A DNA stretch of 64,000 nucleotides from Pseudomonadota bacterium (GTDB taxonomy: Bacteria; Myxococcota; JACRCW01; JAFGSX01). The notes under the pieces were generated by a model. It worked only from the letters and a program-made list of their open reading frames with translations, ran no database searches and was not told the origin of the DNA. Shown here piece by piece: positions 48,101 through 55,066 of the stretch; positions within the stretch are counted from its first letter, which is position 1; the number at the start of each line of letters is the position of its first letter. The DNA is taken from contig JBDRCO010000051.1 in NCBI GenBank assembly GCA_043821645.1, positions 96,001 to 160,000 of the forward strand. The letters run 5' to 3'. The position numbers were made by a program, and so were the translations under genes.

Positions 48101-48508
48101 GTCAGCGACACACCCACCGTGACGCCACCTGCGATCATCGCCATCACCGAGACCGTCGCGGTCAGCGACACACCCACCGTGACACCACCTGCAGTCATCC
48201 ACATCACCGAGACCGTCGCGGTGCAGGACAGTCCGACCCTGATCGCTGGCACGCTGCCTGACGCCGGCTTGCCGGACGTGGCGGGGCTGGAGCTGCAGCT
48301 CCCCGACCTCGGCGGCTACGACCGCACCACGCGCACCGACGCGGGTTCGGGACGCGACAGCGGCAACGCTCGTGTCAGCCCCCCTGCCGAAGAGGAGAAG
48401 CCGGGCTGCGGCGGCGATGGCTGCCGCGCCAGCACTCCGGCCCCGTCGCTGTTCGGGATCCTGATCGTCGTGGGCGGACTGCTGCGTCGGCGCCGGACTG
48501 CTCGCTAG
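45116..48508 (+). CDS. MYXO-CTERM surface protein: beta-helix/choice-of-anchor-Q-like domain, beta-propeller-like domain, Cys-rich repeats, 20-aa repeats
   Basis: Signal peptide; parallel beta-helix ending DPLFV..LHPQAGSPAVNA..PDIGALEY; repeated blade-like units; CDDxDACTxDxC repeats; C-terminal GCGGDGC..hydrophobic..RRRR. Confidence 0.85.
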   Translation: MKRPAFLILMASAVIISERSAHAGQCGATCSTVCPEGSCDYLSPDACEDSIADGSTCLVLGGVYHETVSYQAGNLKSNLTFECEDPINAPCVIDGDGLRSYGFYGYNGWVIDGFEIRNVLADGISSIPSRYVAAVRNCYVHDVGGRGIDAVDVGTAGVDAVIEFNRVEHTGNHGIICPAFTSDHLVRNNVVFNAAIFGGNGITCGTSYTACNNARVEHNTVVLADNTAPYGAAPNGIVACIARYNIVVGGNTSISTNGTGAESAYNLVHGWVSAAYAGTAVSTGDRTGDPLFVSREDLHPQAGSPAVNAALSSTESVDFEGVARQGVPDIGALEYSGSHVEDPGHWPVREQVATTPTLAAAPSLVMVPGQGPAMLYFNNRAGACDLVYAERRNDGSWTQETVKSGAQMQDYNNTNWALQPTDLAIDPATGRPAAVWIEQVGTTRYLRFARFLGPGCPTGDCTSNRWRGCTAPTILAASAYTGSVTLAFHPTLHYPAVALSYEGSGGVYRVYYWDYADGSSWQAATVEQNLTGTHFLGRGIDLSFNPATGEPEVAYTRIAKTPSNGTGEVVVASRSTGTFTPLTVALDANFPSASGVYNTVAMAHWSNGDLAVVYSARQPNNDAAIGYMERRTGVWSSSVAPALGHDAYVSTSYLGLDLVLDADGEPALASALGNIVRVSRRTGGDWSWGAVDVRRETGNWVDIAVGDGGELMVGHQRNNVSRSVEFSAESDPGGIGPAAPATCGGGDLCATAACDPQLGCVLAPVDCDDSDACTTDRCAPSQGCLNVAMTCDDGDACTLDGCDPATGCTSVALDCNDSDACTTDRCAPGTGCVNVAITCDDADACTDDSCDPATGCASAARDCADSDPCTVDSCDPGSGCLHSFVDCDDGDACTVDACDGSGGCTHTPLNCDDSDACTMDSCDVATGCANVPVVCDDAEFCTDDSCDTVLGCQFVDNILSCDDGNATTVGDVCLAGFCSGFPAQVVIPTIVESIAVSDTPTVTPPAIIAITETVAVSDTPTVTPPAVIHITETVAVQDSPTLIAGTLPDAGLPDVAGLELQLPDLGGYDRTTRTDAGSGRDSGNARVSPPAEEEKPGCGGDGCRASTPAPSLFGILIVVGGLLRRRRTAR
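47342..48054 (+). repeat. About ten 24-aa (72-bp) Cys-rich repeats CDDxDACTxDxCxPxxGC (Dictyostelium slime-mold-type repeat)
   Basis: Counted in the translation: one degenerate first unit, eight clear units and one partial last unit. Confidence 0.85.
48089..48238 (+). repeat. 60-bp coding tandem repeat (ETVAVSDTPTVTPPAIIxIT, 2.5 units)
   Basis: Near-identical DNA units start at 48089, 48149 and 48209. Confidence 0.9.
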
Positions 48509-49236
48509 GCCAGGTCCGCCGCTGCGACCAGCTCCCCGATGAGCGCTGTGCACGCCTGCGCTCTCAACTGCAGCAGCATGTGGGGAGCGCCCGGCAGCAT
48601 CTCGATGCGCGTCGCAGGGTGGAGCTGACGGATCAGCTCGGCATGGCGAGCACAGGGCACGATGCGATCGGCGGTACCACCGAGGTAGCCGACGGGAATC
48701 GTGAGTTCCCGCAGCGCCTCGCGCTGATCCACGCGGGCCGTGATGCCCAATCGATGCGCCAGCACGGCAGACGCCCGGTGGTCGTTGACGGCGACGAGCT
48801 GCTGCATCAGCCGAGCATCCGTGCCCCGCTCTGCAAGCAGGTAGCCCAGCACCACGCGCAGCAGGGCGGGCGGCCAGGGGATGGAGGTCACGGCCCGGTG
48901 CAGGGGCCGGATCAGGCCCGTGTTCCACGACGGGCGAGTGACGAAGGTGGCGACCAGACACAGCGCCTTCACGAGATCAGGTCTGGCCCTGGCCACGGCC
49001 ACGCTGACGGGCCCCCCGAAGCTCTCACCCACGAGGATGAGCGGTCGCGCGACGCCATCCACCACGGTCAACACGTCTTCGATGTGGGCCTCGAAGCTCT
49101 GCAGGCCGGGTCGGTAGCGAACGATGTGGGGTGCATAGCCCGGTCCCAGGGCCTGGATCACCGGCTCGAACAGGGTCCCGGTGCCGTCGAGGCCTGGCAC
49201 CAGCACCACGTCGAGAGTTGAGCGATGTAGCACCAT
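48505..49236 (-). CDS. Alpha/beta hydrolase
   Basis: VPGLDGTG, GESFGG nucleophile elbow, GTADRIVP, APHML. Confidence 0.9.
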   Translation of the reverse strand: MVLHRSTLDVVLVPGLDGTGTLFEPVIQALGPGYAPHIVRYRPGLQSFEAHIEDVLTVVDGVARPLILVGESFGGPVSVAVARARPDLVKALCLVATFVTRPSWNTGLIRPLHRAVTSIPWPPALLRVVLGYLLAERGTDARLMQQLVAVNDHRASAVLAHRLGITARVDQREALRELTIPVGYLGGTADRIVPCARHAELIRQLHPATRIEMLPGAPHMLLQLRAQACTALIGELVAAADLA

Positions 49237-49339
49237 GGCCTCTTTAATAAAACGACCGGGAGCACGCGGTCACGATCCCGCATGTACCTAAAATTGGACA
49301 ACAAAAAACACCGGGCTTAGGCTGAACCAGGGGTGCACC

Positions 49340-51037
49340 ATGCCTGCCGACACCACCGACAGCATCTACACCGACCTGCGCGCCCAGCTGCGCTTGCCCG
49401 GCCTGGACCCGGAGTTCAAGCCCAAGCGCGAGGGCCCCATCGTCGGCATTGACCTGGGCACCACCAATTCCTGCGTCTCGGTCGTGCGCGGCGACAAGCC
49501 CATGGTCATCTCGTCGCGGCAGGGTACCTCGACCATCCCCTCGGTGGTGGCGGTGAGCGACAAGGGCAAGCTGCTGGTCGGCCAGCCTGCCCGCGAGCTC
49601 ATGATCCTGAACCCCACCAACACCGTGTATGGCAGCAAGCGCCTGGTGGGCCGTCCCTTCGACTCACCCCTGGTGGGTGAGGTGAAGCTGCGTACCCACT
49701 ACAACGTGGTCGCGGGGCCAGATGGCCAGGCCGCGGTGAAGCTCGGCGAGGAGATCCTGACCCTCGAGGAGGTGGCCGCCCTGATCCTGCGCGAAGCCCG
49801 GGAGCTGGCCGAGGAGCACCTCCATCGCTCGGTACACAGGGCCGTCATCACCTGCCCCGCCTTTTACAACGAGCACCAGCGAGCAGCCGTGCGCCGCGCC
49901 GGGCACCTGGCGGGCTTTCACGTCGAGCGCGTGCTCAATGAGCCCACGGCCGCGGCCCTGGCCTTCGGCTACGGCAAGGGACTCAAGCGCCGGGTCGCCA
50001 TCTTCGACCTGGGAGGGGGCACCTTCGACGCCACGGTGCTCGCCGTCGACGGGGACAGCTTCGAGGTTCAGGCCACGGGAGGCGACACCTTCCTGGGCGG
50101 CGTCGACTTCGACCACCAGATCGTGGATCTGCTGCTCAAGGCCTTCAAGCAGCAGCACGGCGTGTTCTTCAAGGGCGACCGGGTGGCCGTGCAGCGCATC
50201 CGTGACGCTGCCGAGACCGCCAAGCAGGCGCTGGGCGAATACACCAAGTACCACCTGCAGCTGCCCCACCTCACCACCATCGACGACAAGCCCTATGACC
50301 TGACCGCGGACATCTCGCGCGAGCAGGTCAACGAGGTGTGCTCGCCCCTGGTCGAGCGCTGCATCCAGATCTTCGAGAACGTGCTCGAACAGGCGGGTAT
50401 TGGCCCCAAGCAGGTCGACGACGTCATCCTCGTCGGCGGCTCGACCCGCATGCTGCAGGTGCAGGAACGACTCAAGCGTTTCTTTGGCAAGGATCCCAAC
50501 AAGGGCGTGCACCCGGACGAGGCAGTGGCTGTGGGCGCAGCCCTGCTGGCTCGTGCGCTGGAACAAAGCGCGGGTATCCGACTGGTCGACGTCAACCCCA
50601 TGACCATTGGCGTGGGCCTGGCCAGCGGACGATTTCATGGTGTGTTGCCTCGCAACCAAGCGCTGCCTTGCGAGAAGACCTACGTCATCGCCACCAGCGC
50701 GCGCAACCAGCGCAGCCTCGACGTGCAGATCTACCAGGGCGAGTCCCCCGAGACGGCCAAGAACGAGCACCTGGGTACGCTGCTGGTCGACGGCTTGCCC
50801 AAGGGACCCAAGGGCACGGTCAAGGTCGAAGTGTCCTTCAAGCTGTCTGGAGAGTGCGTGCTCAGCGTCGGTGCGCGTGAGCTATCGCGAAAAACCGAGG
50901 TGCACGCGACCATGGCAACCAAGGGGACACCGGTCGCCGTGACCAAGCGCCTCAGCAAGGGGCCGCGTGTCACCGGCACCGTGGCCAGGGTGAAGCCGGG
51001 ACTGTGGAACAGGATCAAGAGCTGGTTCGGCCGCTGA
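49340..51037 (+). CDS. Hsp70/DnaK-like paralog lacking the C-terminal lid
   Basis: GIDLGTTNS, TCPAFYN, NEPTAAALAFG, FDLGGGTFD, GGDTFLGGVDFD, VGGSTR, HPDEAVAVGAA, IYQGE. Ends soon after the substrate-binding beta domain. Confidence 0.9.
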   Translation: MPADTTDSIYTDLRAQLRLPGLDPEFKPKREGPIVGIDLGTTNSCVSVVRGDKPMVISSRQGTSTIPSVVAVSDKGKLLVGQPARELMILNPTNTVYGSKRLVGRPFDSPLVGEVKLRTHYNVVAGPDGQAAVKLGEEILTLEEVAALILREARELAEEHLHRSVHRAVITCPAFYNEHQRAAVRRAGHLAGFHVERVLNEPTAAALAFGYGKGLKRRVAIFDLGGGTFDATVLAVDGDSFEVQATGGDTFLGGVDFDHQIVDLLLKAFKQQHGVFFKGDRVAVQRIRDAAETAKQALGEYTKYHLQLPHLTTIDDKPYDLTADISREQVNEVCSPLVERCIQIFENVLEQAGIGPKQVDDVILVGGSTRMLQVQERLKRFFGKDPNKGVHPDEAVAVGAALLARALEQSAGIRLVDVNPMTIGVGLASGRFHGVLPRNQALPCEKTYVIATSARNQRSLDVQIYQGESPETAKNEHLGTLLVDGLPKGPKGTVKVEVSFKLSGECVLSVGARELSRKTEVHATMATKGTPVAVTKRLSKGPRVTGTVARVKPGLWNRIKSWFGR

Positions 51038-51340
51038 TCAACCGCAACCGGGCTCACCATGGATGCGGCTGACGTAGAAACCCGAACCCCAGCCGCTGTC
51101 GACGTGGTCCACGCGCACACCGCCACGACTGAGCACGTAGGGCTCCTCATTGCTGGCGATGACCATGCGCAGGCCATTCATGTCGTGTGTGATGTCTCCG
51201 TCTCGCAGCTCGTCCAGAGCTAGCCCCAGGCGGGGCCCGCCTCAGCCATAGCCCGCGATGAAGATGCGGTAGATCTGCTCGGGTTGCTGTTGCACCATCT
51301 CCTGCAGCTTGGTCCTGGCTCGCTCCGTCAGCTCGATCAT
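51038..51340 (-). CDS. HesB/IscA-like selenoprotein (Sec at codon 33; TCA at 51242-51244 on the plus strand)
   Basis: Manual translation: MIELTERARTKLQEMVQQQPEQIYRIFIAGYG-U-GGPRLGLALDELRDGDITHDMNGLRMVIASNEEPYVLSRGGVRVDHVDSGWGSGFYVSRIHGEPGCG*. GGAGG RBS; fills the gap up to the Hsp70 stop exactly. Confidence 0.9.
51206..51241 (-). promoter_or_regulatory. Candidate SECIS hairpin(s) of the HesB-like gene
   Basis: mRNA after UGA: AGCUC-UGGAC-GAGCU hairpin (loop 25 nt downstream, G at loop position 2) and a nearer GCCCC-GCCU-GGGGC hairpin. Confidence 0.5.
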
Positions 51341-51561
51341 GACTGCCTCCCGCTCGACATATTACTCCATCTCGGTGGAGCCCGCAGGCGGGCAATGGGT
51401 TCGGGGCGTGCTCGACAGCGCCAGCCACAGGGGAGCACCATCACACACTCCATCCTGAGGCTTTGCACAGTCAGTGTGCCTCGCGCGAGCGGGTGAAATC
51501 TCCAGGAACTCCGACTTTGCGACTGGTATTATTGGTGGTCGAGAACGGTCGCGGAGGAGCA

Positions 51562-54500
51562 ATGAATTCGTCGCAGCGTCGTGCCTTGTGCGCAGCCATG
51601 GGCCTCGCAGTGCTCGGTTTCGGCACCACAGCCTGCCCGCATCCGGCCGCCGTGCCAGAATCCTGGTGGGACGCCGGCACCGTGACCCGGCCACGAACCG
51701 ATGCAGGGGCCGTGGATACCGGGATCGTCGACGCGCTCGGGCAGGACGCCCGGGCGGACGATGCGACCACCCCCGACACGACGAACCCAGGCGACAGCAG
51801 CGCGACGGATCAGGGAGCTGTGCCTGCGGACGCGACTGCGAGCGCGGACGCCTCGACCTCGCCGGACGCCGCCACCGGCGCGGATGCCGCTCCTGCGGTG
51901 GATAGTGGCGCCAGCGTGGACGCCGCGGCGGCCGACGCGGGTTACCAGCACCCGGGCACCTGGGTCGTGCCCTCGGAGCACGGTGCGGCCGTGCTGCAGG
52001 GAACGCTGGACTGCACGGTCTGTCACGCCGCAGATCTCTCGGGCAGCGGCGCGGCGCCGAGCTGCGACAGCTGCCACAGCCTCATCGACCCGGACTGGCG
52101 AACCAACTGTGTGTTCTGCCACGGTGGCAGCGACAACCAGACCGGCGCCCCGCCCCACGACCTGTCGCACAACATCCGGATCAGTGACCCCGGGGTGGGT
52201 GCGCACAGCGAGCACCTGGCACAGGCCACCCACCAGGCTGTGGCCTGCGCCGACTGCCACCTGGTTCCCGTCGACGTCACCAGTGCCGGTCACATGTTCG
52301 ACAGCACGCCGGGTGAGGCCGAGGTGGCCCTGGCGGGTCTGGGCAACGGTGGCGACTTCGACGGCACGGGCTGCACCACGGTGTACTGTCACGGCAACGG
52401 CCAGGTCGCTGGCGCCATCGGCGACTTCACGAGCTTCATCGACACCTGCACGGCCTGCCACGCGTCCACCACGTCGACACCGACCGCTCAGAGCGGCATG
52501 AGCGGCGATCACGCCAGCCACCTGGCGCGCGGCGCGGTCTGTGCGGAGTGCCACGCCCAGGTCCTCGATCCATCCGGCAGCTTTGTCGGACCGACCCTGC
52601 ACGTCAACGGCGTCCCTGACGTCGACGTCACGACGGGCAGTTACCAGAGCTCGACCGGCGACTGCACAAGTTCTTGCCACAACACCTCCGGCACACGGAA
52701 CTGGACCGCCGGTGGATTCCACACCGCGGGTTGGCAAGACCCGGCAAACCACGGGCCTGCCCTGTTCGACGCGAACCTGGACTGCACGGGCTGCCATGGC
52801 GCGGACCTGACCGGCGGAACGAGTGGCGTGAGCTGCGACAGCTGCCACAGCGGCGGCGCGGCCTGGCGCACGGACTGCACCTTCTGCCACGGCGGCAGCG
52901 ACAACGGGAGCGGAGCTCCGCCCGTCGACCTGGCGGGGGGCAGCGACGTCACCACCCTCACAGTGGGCGCCCACAGCGAGCACTTGCAGGGCGTGGATCA
53001 CGCGGCCGTGGCCTGCACCGAGTGCCACGCTGTGCCCGCCAACGTGCTCACGCCGGGGCACATCCTCGACGCAACTCCGGGCGTGGCCGAGGTCGACCTC
53101 GGCAGCGGTGGCATCAGCGGCGGCAGCTATGCCAGCGCAGCCTGCAACGCGACCTACTGCCATGGCAACGGCCAGGTCACCGGCGCAGCGCCGAGCTTTG
53201 ACACCTCCACCGACCTGGGCTGCTCGGCTTGCCACAACGGACCCGGAGGCAGCAACCCGGGGAGCATGAGCGGTCGCCACGCCAGCCACCTGGCCCGCGG
53301 AGCGTCCTGTGTGGACTGCCACGACGCGGTGATCGATGGCAGCAACACCATCACGGGTGATGCCTTGCACGTCGACGGCAACAAGGATGTGCACCTCGCC
53401 ACGGGCACCCATGACAGCGCGAGCGGCGACTGCACCACGACCTGCCACACCTCGGGCAATCCCAAGAACTGGACCACGGGCGGTGCACACCCGGCGGGCT
53501 GGGCCCAGGAGAGCCAGCACGGCGTGGCCACGGTGGAGGGCAGCACGGATTGCACCAGTTGCCACGGTGCGGACCTGACCGGCGGCACCGCGGGCGTGAG
53601 CTGCGATGATTGTCACACCGGTGGTACCGCGGCCTGGCGCACGGACTGCACCTTCTGCCACGGCGGCACCAACAATAGCTCGGGCGCGCCACCGCTCGAC
53701 CTGCACGACGCCACCGCGGTGACCGTGCGCACCGTCGGCGCCCATACCGAGCACCTGCAGGGCGCTGGCCATGCTGCTGTGGCCTGCGGCGAGTGCCACC
53801 TGGTGCCGGCCACCTTGCTGGCCCCGGGACACCTGTTCGACGCCACACCCAACCGCGCCGAGGTCGACCTGGCCCTGGCTGGTATCAGCAGCGGCACCTA
53901 CAGCAGCGGGAGTCACACCTGCGCGGCCACTTACTGCCATGGCACGGGCGTGGCCACGGGGAGCACGCCTGCCTTCGAGAATGGCACGGACCTCGGGTGC
54001 ACGACCTGCCATGGCCTGCCCAATCCCTGGCCACACCCGCAGCGCACGGACTGTTCAAGCTGCCACGCGACGGTGGTCAACGGCAGCGGCCAGATCACCG
54101 GGGCGGCCCAGCACGTCGACGGAGACGTGGACCTGACGCCCTATCACCCGGTGGGCTACGACAGCGAGGCCGTGCACGGTCTCGCAGCCAACCTGCAGAC
54201 CGAGGACTGCCGCGTGTGCCACGGCAGTGACCTGCGGGGTGGTGGCGCCACCGGCAAGATCCCGAGCTGCGACTCCTGCCATGACGTCGTCGATGCGGCC
54301 TGGCGTACCAACTGCACCTTCTGCCACGGCGGAAGCACCAACCAGAGCGGTGCTCCACCCGAGGACCTGCGCAACCGCACCACCGCGACGCTGCGCACGG
54401 TGGGGGCGCACACCGAGCACGGGACCGAGACCAACCACATGGCCTACAGCTGCAGTGAGTGCCACCGCACACCCGTCGACGTGCTGTCTGTGAATCACAT

Positions 54501-54978
54501 GTTCGACAGCACCGCCGGCCAGGCCGAGCTCGTGTTCAACAGTTTGGGGGCCGGCAACACCCTCAGCGACGCCGCCAGCGCCTCGCTGGGAGCCACCAAC
54601 ACGAGCTGCAGCAACCTGTACTGCCATGGCTACGAGGGACTCGACAACGGCAGCATGACCAGCTTCACGGCGAGCATCAGCACCTGCACGGCCTGCCACC
54701 CCTTCATGACGTCGAGCGGCGATGACTGGCAGAACAGGATGAGTGGCGAACACAAGAAGCACCTTGATGCCGGCCTGGGCATCCAGTGCTGGGAGTGCCA
54801 CGGCGGCGTGGTCACTCACAACAACACGAATGCCATCGCCAGCCCGGCCCTCCATGTCAACGGAACGCCCAACATCCAGCTGGTGAGCGGTTCGTTCAGC
54901 ATCACGAGCGGGGGCAACCGCCGTTGTTCCAATGTCGACTGTCACGGCGAGGATCACGGAGCCAACAAGACCTGGTGA
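51562..54978 (+). CDS. Multiheme c-type cytochrome lipoprotein, 31 heme motifs (CxxxxCH...CxxCH type)
   Basis: GGAGGAG RBS; lipobox-like TTAC; Asp/Ala/Thr linker; hand count of 24 CxxCH + 2 CxxxCH + 5 CxxxxCH in four modules. Confidence 0.93.
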   Translation: MNSSQRRALCAAMGLAVLGFGTTACPHPAAVPESWWDAGTVTRPRTDAGAVDTGIVDALGQDARADDATTPDTTNPGDSSATDQGAVPADATASADASTSPDAATGADAAPAVDSGASVDAAAADAGYQHPGTWVVPSEHGAAVLQGTLDCTVCHAADLSGSGAAPSCDSCHSLIDPDWRTNCVFCHGGSDNQTGAPPHDLSHNIRISDPGVGAHSEHLAQATHQAVACADCHLVPVDVTSAGHMFDSTPGEAEVALAGLGNGGDFDGTGCTTVYCHGNGQVAGAIGDFTSFIDTCTACHASTTSTPTAQSGMSGDHASHLARGAVCAECHAQVLDPSGSFVGPTLHVNGVPDVDVTTGSYQSSTGDCTSSCHNTSGTRNWTAGGFHTAGWQDPANHGPALFDANLDCTGCHGADLTGGTSGVSCDSCHSGGAAWRTDCTFCHGGSDNGSGAPPVDLAGGSDVTTLTVGAHSEHLQGVDHAAVACTECHAVPANVLTPGHILDATPGVAEVDLGSGGISGGSYASAACNATYCHGNGQVTGAAPSFDTSTDLGCSACHNGPGGSNPGSMSGRHASHLARGASCVDCHDAVIDGSNTITGDALHVDGNKDVHLATGTHDSASGDCTTTCHTSGNPKNWTTGGAHPAGWAQESQHGVATVEGSTDCTSCHGADLTGGTAGVSCDDCHTGGTAAWRTDCTFCHGGTNNSSGAPPLDLHDATAVTVRTVGAHTEHLQGAGHAAVACGECHLVPATLLAPGHLFDATPNRAEVDLALAGISSGTYSSGSHTCAATYCHGTGVATGSTPAFENGTDLGCTTCHGLPNPWPHPQRTDCSSCHATVVNGSGQITGAAQHVDGDVDLTPYHPVGYDSEAVHGLAANLQTEDCRVCHGSDLRGGGATGKIPSCDSCHDVVDAAWRTNCTFCHGGSTNQSGAPPEDLRNRTTATLRTVGAHTEHGTETNHMAYSCSECHRTPVDVLSVNHMFDSTAGQAELVFNSLGAGNTLSDAASASLGATNTSCSNLYCHGYEGLDNGSMTSFTASISTCTACHPFMTSSGDDWQNRMSGEHKKHLDAGLGIQCWECHGGVVTHNNTNAIASPALHVNGTPNIQLVSGSFSITSGGNRRCSNVDCHGEDHGANKTW

Positions 54979-55066
54979 CCCAGGGTTGGATTCCACCTGC
55001 GAGATCTCGAGGGTGCGAGCGCGCATGACACGGCCTTCGCCAGCGTGCTAGCGTCCGCGCCCTATC

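Noticed and set aside
43353-48508. Prophage or mobile element at the ruvA junction
   Set aside because: No integrase, transposase, terminal repeats or recognisable core phage genes were found.
49340-51340. Hsp70 + HesB-like gene as an isc-type hscA/iscA cluster
   Set aside because: The genes are convergent, no iscS/iscU/hscB/fdx is present, and the Hsp70 shows no HscA-specific context.
51147-51428. 93-aa minus-strand ORF from the track (and other short ORFs in 50731-51694)
   Set aside because: Wrong frame. The UGA-containing HesB-like frame has the RBS, the family motifs and the expected codon pattern.
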